Positions 26,666 through 34,921 of a DNA stretch of 46,713 nucleotides are shown piece after piece. The notes below the pieces were generated by a model. The model saw only the letters and a program-made list of their open reading frames with translations. It made no database searches and had not been told where the DNA came from. The stretch is from a phage. Positions within the stretch are counted from its first letter, which is position 1, and every line of letters starts with the position of its first letter. The stretch lies in the sequence record PZ379183.1; one strand, given 5' to 3'. A program made the translations under genes and the position numbers.

Positions 26666-27339
26666 TTTGCAATGAAGACGGCTTTTGCAAAACCGCGAGG
26701 AGTTAGGCTGCGAATTACCTTTGTCTTATTGCTCTTCCCGCCTAGCTTCTTGTATTGGTCAGAGAATCCACCGTTAACGTCCACTGGAATTGCCTCTGGC
26801 CATTTAAACCCATTGCCATACCAAATGCATGTCTTCTTGGGATATGCGTCTTTTGGCTTTATTAGGTCGCTAAAAAACGGGTGTAAATCATCTTCCGGCA
26901 AATAGCCTCCGTATTCATATGGGTGGAAGGTGTTATCAGGTTTTCGCCAAAGTGATGACAGTACGCTGATTGGGTTCTCGATCATGTATGGTACTCCGTA
27001 TTTTTCAGCAAGATTAAAAGCAATCTTGCACGTCTCCGCAGCTTCAATTTGGAAGTTAGGGTTAGCTATACACTTGCGTTCAAAGTGTCTTGATCCGCTC
27101 ACGGCTAAGTCAGTGCATGGAGGGAACGCCATTATAAAATCAGGTTTCACATCAAAATCGAAGTCAGCATCTATCCATGCGTTAACGTATGTGATGTTCT
27201 CATGCTCAACCTTTGCATTTAAGTCACTGTAGCTGCCGTGGTCAGACTCATCAAAGTTGAAACAGTAGCAAGTGTGGCCAGCTTCAGCCCAATCCTTTAC
27301 CGCCAGACCAGAACCATCAAATAAAGACCAGATAACCAT
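26650..27339 (-). CDS. DNA (cytosine-5) methyltransferase (putative, short)
   Basis: N-terminal SLFDGSG (SAM-binding motif I), FPPC (Pro-Cys catalytic motif) and IENP (ENV-like motif) in C5-MTase order. Confidence 0.55.
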   Translation of the reverse strand: MVIWSLFDGSGLAVKDWAEAGHTCYCFNFDESDHGSYSDLNAKVEHENITYVNAWIDADFDFDVKPDFIMAFPPCTDLAVSGSRHFERKCIANPNFQIEAAETCKIAFNLAEKYGVPYMIENPISVLSSLWRKPDNTFHPYEYGGYLPEDDLHPFFSDLIKPKDAYPKKTCIWYGNGFKWPEAIPVDVNGGFSDQYKKLGGKSNKTKVIRSLTPRGFAKAVFIANSTNC

Positions 27340-27397
27340 TTTAAAATTCTCTCTCGTTGTTTGTGTTGCTAACTATACCCGGTTTTGCGGATCAGTT

Positions 27398-27413
27398 TTA
27401 GCAATTAGTGCTA
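27398..27413 (-). promoter_or_regulatory. TAGCAC-N5-GCTAA motif copy (minus strand)
   Basis: TAGCACTAATTGCTAA on minus strand about 60 nt upstream of the methyltransferase start. Confidence 0.45.
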
Positions 27414-27439
27414 TGTTTACGCGTAACCGATGTAACTCG

Positions 27440-27720
27440 ATGTATGCAATCTCATCCGCGAAAAATGATATACGCAATGTTACGCCAATTTACGCATTGG
27501 TTACATTAAAATATATATATATATCAACCTTTTACTCTTATTATTATTATTATATATATTACTATGTATATCATGTAACTGCTCTTATGGAGTGTTTCGG
27601 TTATAATTTTAATATCATGTGGATTTATACAGTATTGCGCGGTAGCTATACCAATGCACCCTCAGCAATAAATGATATACATGATATACGCACTATTTAC
27701 ATTGAGCTATAGCTTGGCTC
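27440..27720. repeat. AT-rich iteron and microsatellite region
   Basis: TACGC repeated three times at 10-bp spacing (27474-27500), GATATACGCA copies at 27466 and 27681, (AT)n and (TTA)5 tracts; 85-bp segment 27491-27575 duplicated at 46416-46500. Confidence 0.7.
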
Positions 27721-27883
27721 AGGTACCAAAAAACGTAACTAGTTCCAATGTACACACGGAATTACAAGAATTCACGCGTAAACTTAAATCAACGATTGGC
27801 GAAACCAATTGGACTGGGTGCGGCGCTGAATATATAGTTAAACCATCGAAAGCAAGCAAGCAAGCAAACAGAGAGATACAGAA

Positions 27884-28078
27884 ATGACCTACTACATTAT
27901 CAAAGAGAAAAACAACCCACTGTTCGGAGACTGCTACTTTGGTGGCCCAGCTGGATACACTACCAACAAATCTGAAGCCGACCAATTCGAGACAAAGGAA
28001 GAGGCCAAGGAGTTGCTGACCGGGTACTTCACTGAGGAAGATTTGAAAACAGTTAAGATTGTTAAAATTAAGGATTGA
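27884..28078 (+). CDS. hypothetical protein (64 aa)
   Basis: GAGAGATACAGAAATG start; first gene of the recombination operon. Confidence 0.45.
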   Translation: MTYYIIKEKNNPLFGDCYFGGPAGYTTNKSEADQFETKEEAKELLTGYFTEEDLKTVKIVKIKD

Positions 28079-28081
28079 ACC

Positions 28082-29053
28082 ATGACATTTAAAGTTTATA
28101 CGAACGACGAGCTAACAAATGAATCCTATCACGAAGAGCAAGACCATATCTCTGGCTCTTCACTGGCTGAGATTCTTGCTACCTCACCAGCTAAATGGAA
28201 GTTTAAGCAGCGCAATAACTCTAGCGCAGCACTTAAATTTGGCACACTAAGTCACTGCATGATGCTAGAGCGCGAGGTATTTGACTCAACATACATGCGA
28301 GCTACTGACTTTGACGAAGTGGAAGGATTGATTACTAGCCAAACGGCTTTATCCGCAGCGCTTAAAAAAGTTGGAGTTTCAGGCACGTCAGGGAAGGGAT
28401 ATAGCGAGCTCGTGGAGATGATGTATAAATCTGGTGAGGATTGGCCTGTTAAATGGTTAATTGAGCAGCAGGAGAGCGCTGAGGCGTTAATTAGTGGCAA
28501 AGAGCTCGTTACTGCGAAAGATTACGATAAGGTAATCTCAATGCGCGAGGTTCTTACTAATATCCCAGCTTACGATGCGATTATTAACTCACCAACAGCA
28601 CAGAAAGAGCTATCAATCTTTGGTGAGATTCTTGGGTGTGGTGTTAAGGTTAGGCTTGATCACGTGGATGTTGTTGATGGCGTGGTTTTCATTACTGACT
28701 ACAAGACGACGGCGGACGCAAGCCCGAGAGGATTTGGCAAGTCAGCTTATGACCATGGATACCTGTGCAAAATGAGCCTTCAGCGTGACTTGTTCGTGAA
28801 GGCATTTAACGAGAAGCGTAAGGTTGTGGTTCGACTTCTGGCGCAGGAAAAAACGGAGCCTTACTTACCAATGAGCTACACGCTTACAGATGAACAGCTT
28901 CGCATTGGTCGTTTACAATATTGTGAGGCACTAGCAACATACAAACAGTGCAAGGAGCTTGATGTATGGCCTGGGTATAGCAATGGGATTACAGAGCAAG
29001 ATTTGATGATTCCTGAGTGGGTAAGTAAGCAGTATCAAGAACTTCTAAAATAG
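28082..29053 (+). CDS. PD-(D/E)XK exonuclease (YqaJ/RecE/lambda Exo-like)
   Basis: VRLDHVDVVDGVVFITDYKT region resembles the Asp...Asp/Glu-x-Lys nuclease core; adjacent to the annealing protein gene. Confidence 0.6.
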   Translation: MTFKVYTNDELTNESYHEEQDHISGSSLAEILATSPAKWKFKQRNNSSAALKFGTLSHCMMLEREVFDSTYMRATDFDEVEGLITSQTALSAALKKVGVSGTSGKGYSELVEMMYKSGEDWPVKWLIEQQESAEALISGKELVTAKDYDKVISMREVLTNIPAYDAIINSPTAQKELSIFGEILGCGVKVRLDHVDVVDGVVFITDYKTTADASPRGFGKSAYDHGYLCKMSLQRDLFVKAFNEKRKVVVRLLAQEKTEPYLPMSYTLTDEQLRIGRLQYCEALATYKQCKELDVWPGYSNGITEQDLMIPEWVSKQYQELLK

Positions 29054-29066
29054 CACTAATTGCTAA
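29051..29066 (+). promoter_or_regulatory. TAGCAC-N5-GCTAA motif copy (TAGCACTAATTGCTAA)
   Basis: The TAG is the exonuclease stop codon; followed by GGTATGAT and ACGAAAGAGAG leader. Confidence 0.5.
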
Positions 29067-29123
29067 AGACAAAATCAAAAGGTGAGGTATGATTGCCCCA
29101 CTTAAACGAAAGAGAGATAGTTA

Positions 29124-29774
29124 ATGAAAACTTCAGATCAAAACAAGCAAGTATTGAAGGCTTTATTTGAGGCCAAATCAAAGTTTGCAAAGGCTGAAAA
29201 GTCAAAGCAGAACTCGCACCTAAAGAACAGGTACGCCACCCTGGAAGACGTACTGGCGGCTGTAGAGCCTGGCCTTGCAGATAGCGGCCTGGTCATGTTT
29301 CAAGGCATGATTGATGATGAAGCCACAACTAGAATTAAGGTTGAAACAACTGTCTATCATGCAGAATCTGGAGAGTGGGTCAGCTTCCTGACAATCGTCC
29401 CAATCAGCAAGCAAGATGCTCAAGGTTACGGCTCATCACTTACATATGCTCGCCGTTATGCAATTACAGCGGCATTAGGATTGAGCCAGGCAGATGATGA
29501 TGGTCAGCTTGCAGTTAAGGGTATCAACTCATTTAAGAAAGATTTAGCTAAGTGCAACACTCTTGATGACCTGCGTGATGTATACAAAGAAGCCAAGCAG
29601 TCTCTTGATTCAGCTGGTTGGCTGGTGATTGAACCTCACATCATTGAGCGTAAGGCAGAAATTCAGGCTAATGCAACTAACGGCTTCAATCCTGCAAAAC
29701 CTAAACAGGTTGCACAAAAGTCTGTTCAAGAAGAAAAAGTTGAAGTACAATCTCAAGAAATCGACACATTCTAA
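29124..29774 (+). CDS. Erf-like single-strand annealing protein
   Basis: SSLTYARRYAITAALGL segment typical of ERF-superfamily annealing proteins; position between exonuclease and SSB. Confidence 0.7.
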   Translation: MKTSDQNKQVLKALFEAKSKFAKAEKSKQNSHLKNRYATLEDVLAAVEPGLADSGLVMFQGMIDDEATTRIKVETTVYHAESGEWVSFLTIVPISKQDAQGYGSSLTYARRYAITAALGLSQADDDGQLAVKGINSFKKDLAKCNTLDDLRDVYKEAKQSLDSAGWLVIEPHIIERKAEIQANATNGFNPAKPKQVAQKSVQEEKVEVQSQEIDTF

Positions 29775-29814
29775 TTTAACGGGGCTGCGGCCCCAACATT
29801 AAGAGAGAAAGAAA

Positions 29815-30252
29815 ATGAGTCATGTAATCACTGGTGTTATCCGTCGCGCTCCGTTCACTAAAGAAGGTCAGAATGCAAATGGCAGTTGGAAGATGTACGC
29901 GGTTGATTTAAGTGAGCGTTACAAGGATAAAGATGGTCAATCTCAGTATAGCAACTATCGTGCCGTCTTCTTCGCAAAGGAATCAATGCTTACATGGTAT
30001 AACGAAGCGTTTCAGGAAGGGAAGATTGTTAGCGTAAGTTGTGAGACGTTAGCATTAGATGTTCGAGATAAAGATGGCAAGACTTACATAACAATTAACA
30101 TGAACAATCCTCGTCTTGAGTTTAGTCAGCGTGGTGAGGGTGCACAGCAACATAAAAATACAGAGCAACAACAGCGCCATCAACCGCAACATCAACAGCA
30201 ACAACAACAACAACAACAGCAAAACACATTCGACGGAGATATTCCATTCTGA
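29815..30252 (+). CDS. single-stranded DNA-binding protein (SSB) with poly-Gln linker
   Basis: OB-fold-like N-terminal domain, Gln-rich linker, acidic C-terminal tail FDGDIPF matching the canonical SSB D-D-D-I-P-F tip. Confidence 0.8.
   Translation: MSHVITGVIRRAPFTKEGQNANGSWKMYAVDLSERYKDKDGQSQYSNYRAVFFAKESMLTWYNEAFQEGKIVSVSCETLALDVRDKDGKTYITINMNNPRLEFSQRGEGAQQHKNTEQQQRHQPQHQQQQQQQQQQNTFDGDIPF
30163..30225 (+). repeat. CAA/CAG trinucleotide repeat (poly-Gln coding)
   Basis: Runs of CAA and CAG codons inside the SSB linker. Confidence 0.8.
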
Positions 30253-30260
30253 TAAAAGAT

Positions 30261-30285
30261 AAAGCCCCTTTCGGGGCTTTTTTTT
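30261..30285. terminator. bidirectional rho-independent terminator
   Basis: AAAGCCCC-TTTC-GGGGCTTT hairpin flanked by A-tract upstream and T8 downstream, between convergent SSB and tail fibre genes. Confidence 0.8.
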
Positions 30286-32815
30286 ATGCAAGAGAAACTC
30301 TTGAGTTTGCAAATATCAAGGCGTCCCTTTGATTATCAAATTTTACAACAAAATAATCAGCAAGGCTTAATACCATACCAGTTAATCCATTGAGGTTAAT
30401 GTTAAGGTTTGCAACGCCAGAAACCGAAGCCTTACCAACGCCAAATGTATGAACCCACTTACCAGCTTCTGTGAATACAGTTCCTAATGATGCGCTACCA
30501 AAAATGTTTATAATACCATCAGCACCGCCTTGAATCCTGTTTGCAGAAATACCCCAAGCATACCATTTGCCGGAAGTTATATTAAAGCCACCATTTATCA
30601 ATTCGTACTGAGCCGCACCAGCCAATTCGTAGTATCCAGATGATTGCGAGTGTATACCCCTTGTATCAGAACCTTCACTTGCCGACCCTGTTCCACCAAA
30701 GTTGTTCCCACCAGTACCAAAAGGCCTCCTGACTAAAACAGTTCCGGAATCGGGATTAAAAACTCGACCCTTAGTAACATATCCTCTAACAGATAGGTTT
30801 GAAGTGCCAGTTATCTTGGCTGTCTGTGATACCAGCGACTCAACTATAACGTTTGATGTTGAAGATCCATTCAGGTATGCATCCTTAGCAAAAATAATAC
30901 TGTTCGAATCAAGAGAGAAACTTTGGTGCCCATCAGCGTTATCAAACCTGCACCCATAAGTTACAAGGTTTGAATTTGATAACTCAATGTTATTAATATA
31001 AGAATGCTCAGCAAAGAAAACGGACGTATCGATGAGCTTCAAAACCCTTGGGAGTTCAGCTCCCTCACCTACGTTAATTGCCCCACCAGTTGCTATCGCT
31101 TCAAACCATACGTTAGACAATCCGCAAGGTGATGTTGGGCAATCTCCAGGTTTATTCTTTAACCTTATACCGCCGCCAGCAGAGGCCTCCATTATTGAAT
31201 CCCTAATCCACCACCCACCAATTCCTCCAGCACCAGGGTTCGTTGCGCTACTTGTGCTTGTCGCATCTAGCATTACTGAATATTGAGAGATTGTATCTGA
31301 GTGGTATCCGTATAAAGTGTCCGCTCCTATATGCATTTTGTCATGAGCTTTTGCTCTATACCCGTAATTCGCATTTCTAACACTTACGTTTCTGTAGGTA
31401 TTTCCAATGTTGCCAGCGTTTTTACGTATACCAACATCAATGTCGCTGAAGTACAGCCTATCCATCACAATCCTGCCAGCATAAGGGTCATTCGGGAATT
31501 GAAAGCCGTTATTACCTTGTATTGCAGTACCTGTAAACTGCAAATCCGATAAATGCTTTTGCCTCCAGTGAGGAACCGATAGCGTTGAGGTGAGTCCGGT
31601 TTCAAAAGGTTTAACACTTATTACGGTATTATATCCAGAGCCTGATATGTTCCTGCCAGCAAAGGAGTAGTTATTACTCTCATAAGTTCCCGGACTTATA
31701 ACTACCGACCCGCCATCGCCAGCGGCTTTTATTGCTGAAGATATTGAGCCGCTATAGCTTGATGTGCTTTTTGAATCTGTATTTAAAATTGATGACACCT
31801 CACCCTTTGAGTAAACATCAAGGTTGGTTCTTGCCACGGACTTATCTGCAATGTCTGAAAGATTCAATGATTTTTGAAACGTCTCGGATTTTGAATAAAC
31901 ATCAATCAAATCCCTAACCCTTGATGAGCTTGCTCCTCCACTTATACCTCCTGATGGAATTGATAAAATCTCCCTTGTATAAAACGTTCTTACTGAGTTT
32001 GACACTGAGTATCTAATAGATAAGTTATAGTAGTTTGCATTTGATGTTGTTGCTGATGATAAAAGCAACTCTCCAGTTCCTGCTGTAACAATCTTGCACT
32101 CAATTACATAATCAAGACTAGCACCGGCACTTGATATAAGGTCATTTACACTAGAAGGAGTGTTTACCATTGCTGACTTTGACACTAAAACTTTTGAGCC
32201 GTTTTTAAATGCGTAAGTTTGCCAATCAAATGAGGTAGCTCTAATTGCTACTGAGTTTGCTATATTGTAAGATGCAAGCGTTGCTAATGTTCCGGCGTCA
32301 CCAGCATTATTAATTGCGCTAATAGTAGCATCGCGTGCCTCTGTCGTAGCGTCTCTTGCTGAGGCGGCTGCACTCGCACTTTCAGCGGCAGCGATCTGAC
32401 TAGCTAGCGCCTCAGCAGCCCCAGTGGTTGATTGGGTTGCAAGCTGCTCGAAGCGAGGCCAATCGAAAGTATCTTGCCCGATAAATTGCAGTAGACTTTC
32501 AATAGAAGTCTCTTTTGACTGGTAGTAACGCAATGTTTCCGCAACATCCTGCGCCAACCCCTGAACAGTAATTCCATCATGAGCAAGAATTGCGTAACCA
32601 GTACCAGCGGGAACAGTTTCAGAACTTGGATTATAAACATTAACCTGAGTATCGCTGATGATTTCAGAGATGGTGTAAATTTTCAGAGGGCTGGTTTTGA
32701 AAATGATAGTAGCACCTACACGAATCAGTGTAAGAGGTGCTTTCCATGTAGTACCTACGCCAGTAACCTCGCCATTTGAGGCTAGTGATGCTGTTCCTAA
32801 GTCATAAATTGCCAT
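30284..32815 (-). CDS. tail fibre / tailspike protein
   Basis: 843-aa ORF; Ala-rich coiled N-terminal segment then long Ser/Gly/Asn/Thr-rich region consistent with beta-helix fibre; located apart from the J-like gene on the opposite strand. Confidence 0.6.
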   Translation of the reverse strand: MAIYDLGTASLASNGEVTGVGTTWKAPLTLIRVGATIIFKTSPLKIYTISEIISDTQVNVYNPSSETVPAGTGYAILAHDGITVQGLAQDVAETLRYYQSKETSIESLLQFIGQDTFDWPRFEQLATQSTTGAAEALASQIAAAESASAAASARDATTEARDATISAINNAGDAGTLATLASYNIANSVAIRATSFDWQTYAFKNGSKVLVSKSAMVNTPSSVNDLISSAGASLDYVIECKIVTAGTGELLLSSATTSNANYYNLSIRYSVSNSVRTFYTREILSIPSGGISGGASSSRVRDLIDVYSKSETFQKSLNLSDIADKSVARTNLDVYSKGEVSSILNTDSKSTSSYSGSISSAIKAAGDGGSVVISPGTYESNNYSFAGRNISGSGYNTVISVKPFETGLTSTLSVPHWRQKHLSDLQFTGTAIQGNNGFQFPNDPYAGRIVMDRLYFSDIDVGIRKNAGNIGNTYRNVSVRNANYGYRAKAHDKMHIGADTLYGYHSDTISQYSVMLDATSTSSATNPGAGGIGGWWIRDSIMEASAGGGIRLKNKPGDCPTSPCGLSNVWFEAIATGGAINVGEGAELPRVLKLIDTSVFFAEHSYINNIELSNSNLVTYGCRFDNADGHQSFSLDSNSIIFAKDAYLNGSSTSNVIVESLVSQTAKITGTSNLSVRGYVTKGRVFNPDSGTVLVRRPFGTGGNNFGGTGSASEGSDTRGIHSQSSGYYELAGAAQYELINGGFNITSGKWYAWGISANRIQGGADGIINIFGSASLGTVFTEAGKWVHTFGVGKASVSGVANLNINLNGLTGMVLSLADYFVVKFDNQRDALIFANSRVSLA

Positions 32816-32837
32816 TGTAAAGTCTCCATTTGTAAAG

Positions 32838-32853
32838 TAGCACTAATTGCCAA
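32838..32853 (+). promoter_or_regulatory. TAGCAC-N5-GCTAA motif copy (variant TAGCACTAATTGCCAA)
   Basis: Between primase stop and tail fibre start; plus orientation although flanking genes are minus. Confidence 0.4.
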
Positions 32854-32880
32854 AATTCATTCTACCATCTTTCAGGCAAT

Positions 32881-32900
32881 AAAAAACCTCCCGAAGGAGG
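32881..32900 (-). terminator. rho-independent terminator (minus strand)
   Basis: CCTCC-CGAA-GGAGG hairpin preceded on plus strand by A6 (T-tract on minus strand), right after primase stop. Confidence 0.7.
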
Positions 32901-33824
32901 TTAGTTTAGCAAGTCGTTTGCTTTGTACACTTTCTTTCGTATGCCTGTTTTAAATGACTCACCGTCATTAGGAACTACAACATCAACACCCCTATCGTCA
33001 GCAACAGCGAGTATATCGCTATCAGAATCACGGCAAGCAATTCTGAACTTCCTTGACTTGTCGCGGTGGATAACCATCTCCATATTGTAACAGGAGAAAG
33101 CAACAAACACTTCGCGCCCACCAGTAGCAAGGTGAACACGTATGCCATCAATATAATTGTCAACAACATAAGTATAACTATCATCCAGCTTAGAACCAAT
33201 AACGGAAACAGAATCACGAGTGTAATCACCAGCAAGGAACTTAACATTTGAATCCTCATCAATAAACATTACGTTACAGAACTCATCACTAAGCCCATCT
33301 TCATAAACCATCGAACAAGGGATTGCGTGAATCATTGAACAATTTTTAGCTATACCAACATCAAAACCAAACTCGTCATAAATACCCTCGTATGTCGTGA
33401 GTGGACTAGATTCAACTCGCTGAGTCCTCTCCATGACCTCAAGAACTTTCTTGTGGTCTACTTGAGCGCAAATTTTATAACGCTGCGTTCTTGATGCTTG
33501 CTTGTTTGCTTTAACTATAACCTCAATTGGTATTAAGTTCAGCCAGTCACCAAGCAAATTTACTGAATCAGCGAAGGACAATCCAGTGCACTTCATGACC
33601 CATCCTATACCGGAGTCACTTCCGCATTTCGAACAAACTGCCGCGCCATTTCCTTTTTCACTGCCTATTTCGTCGGTAAATCTGAATCTGTCAGTGCCAA
33701 AGCAGTATGGGCATGGTCCGTGCTTCTTACTTAGGTGTCTATCATTCCAACCAAGTTCCTTTGCATAAAATGATTTCCACAATCCGGCCATCTTAGGTAT
33801 AACTTCATTCTTATCGTAATTCAT
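32901..33824 (-). CDS. DNA primase (zinc-finger primase, putative)
   Basis: N-terminal zinc ribbon C-P-Y-C...C-S-K-C followed by acidic catalytic-like region; upstream of helicase in the replication block. Confidence 0.65.
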   Translation of the reverse strand: MNYDKNEVIPKMAGLWKSFYAKELGWNDRHLSKKHGPCPYCFGTDRFRFTDEIGSEKGNGAAVCSKCGSDSGIGWVMKCTGLSFADSVNLLGDWLNLIPIEVIVKANKQASRTQRYKICAQVDHKKVLEVMERTQRVESSPLTTYEGIYDEFGFDVGIAKNCSMIHAIPCSMVYEDGLSDEFCNVMFIDEDSNVKFLAGDYTRDSVSVIGSKLDDSYTYVVDNYIDGIRVHLATGGREVFVAFSCYNMEMVIHRDKSRKFRIACRDSDSDILAVADDRGVDVVVPNDGESFKTGIRKKVYKANDLLN

Positions 33825-34300
33825 TTGCTTAACCCGTGATTTTCGTGAAAGTTGTATTTTCCCTCTGCTTCAATTCTTACTTTATACGCCCGCTCTGGAG
33901 TATCGAAGTTCCCAAGGTGTAGCTGCTTGCCGTCAACCTTGATGTGAGCCTTAAATTTTCCGTGATTTAGCTTTGCCACTCCACAATAACCAGTTGTTGA
34001 TAAAACGCTAAGCTTGCAATTTCTTGAGTTACCTTGATTTGTTGTTACTCTTAGGTTTTCTATTCTGTTATCTAATTTGTTATGGTTTATATGATCAATG
34101 TAGTCGCCATTTTGAAGTTCTCCATTAAACATCTCCCACACAACTCTATGTACATAAGTCCTAAAGCCATTAACAGACACTTTGTAATAGCCAGATGTAG
34201 ATAGTGAGTTGCACTCATCGCCAACCTTAACACGTCTTGCAGTGCTAATCTTCCAATGCAATTTGCCATCTACATAGTAAAAATAATCATGCCAGTTCAT
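33821..34300 (-). CDS. HNH homing endonuclease
   Basis: YVHRVVW...IDHINHNKLDNRIENLR signature; paralogue of 14169..14651. Confidence 0.75.
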   Translation of the reverse strand: MNWHDYFYYVDGKLHWKISTARRVKVGDECNSLSTSGYYKVSVNGFRTYVHRVVWEMFNGELQNGDYIDHINHNKLDNRIENLRVTTNQGNSRNCKLSVLSTTGYCGVAKLNHGKFKAHIKVDGKQLHLGNFDTPERAYKVRIEAEGKYNFHENHGLSK

Positions 34301-34351
34301 TTTCTTCTCTCCAATAAAAAAGGATGTACCGATTATGGCACATCCAATTAT

Positions 34352-34825
34352 TTACTCTTTAGCTTTTCGTGCGGCTTCGTTGGCAATCTTATTCTTGCGC
34401 CACGGTCGACAAGGTGGCTTTGTTGCTAGTTCAGCCTCAGTAACCACGCGTAGCATGTGGCGCTTCTTGCATCTAAGCGTCAGAGGCTTACCGTTACCGT
34501 CAAATTGCAGGTCTGGTCGGCAGAAAGTAGCTCGGAACCCTCCCTTATTTCTCTTGTACGCATTATGTGCTCGCTGGGCGCCTCGAGCCGAAATCATACC
34601 GCGATCAAACCATTGTTCTACAGTCTGGTGAGATACATTTAACTGCTTGGCGATATTGGCCTTCGTGCCGTAGAAGTCAAGAACCATCTCCAGACGAGCT
34701 CTTAGCCCAGCCTTTACTTCATCTTTCAATACGTAGTAGCCTGACGGTCGTTTGCGCTGTTTCTTGTCTTGCGTGCGGATGGTTCCGTTATTGCCGTTGA
34801 TAGTTCGCTTGTCAATTTCACACAT
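34352..34825 (-). CDS. Cro/YdaS-like HTH DNA-binding protein (putative regulator)
   Basis: GTKANIAKQLNVSHQTVEQWF helix-turn-helix segment, basic C-terminal region; first gene of a minus-strand operon from a divergent control region. Confidence 0.4.
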   Translation of the reverse strand: MCEIDKRTINGNNGTIRTQDKKQRKRPSGYYVLKDEVKAGLRARLEMVLDFYGTKANIAKQLNVSHQTVEQWFDRGMISARGAQRAHNAYKRNKGGFRATFCRPDLQFDGNGKPLTLRCKKRHMLRVVTEAELATKPPCRPWRKNKIANEAARKAKE

Positions 34826-34848
34826 CTCATTACCTCAATAGCATTTTT

Positions 34849-34864
34849 TGTTAAACAATAGGGT
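34849..34864 (+). promoter_or_regulatory. TAGCAC-N5-GCTAA motif copy (variant TAGCATTTTTTGTTAA)
   Basis: In the divergent intergenic region between the HTH gene and the helicase gene. Confidence 0.4.
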
Positions 34865-34921
34865 CGATAGTTGTTATTATACAGCAATGCAACGAACTAA
34901 CAAAATGTCGGGATATTTAAA

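Noticed and set aside
27440-27720. Possible CRISPR array suggested by repetitive AT-rich sequence
   Set aside because: The repeats are short iterons and microsatellites ((AT)n, (TTA)n, TACGC at 10-bp spacing) with no regular repeat-spacer periodicity and no adjacent cas genes.
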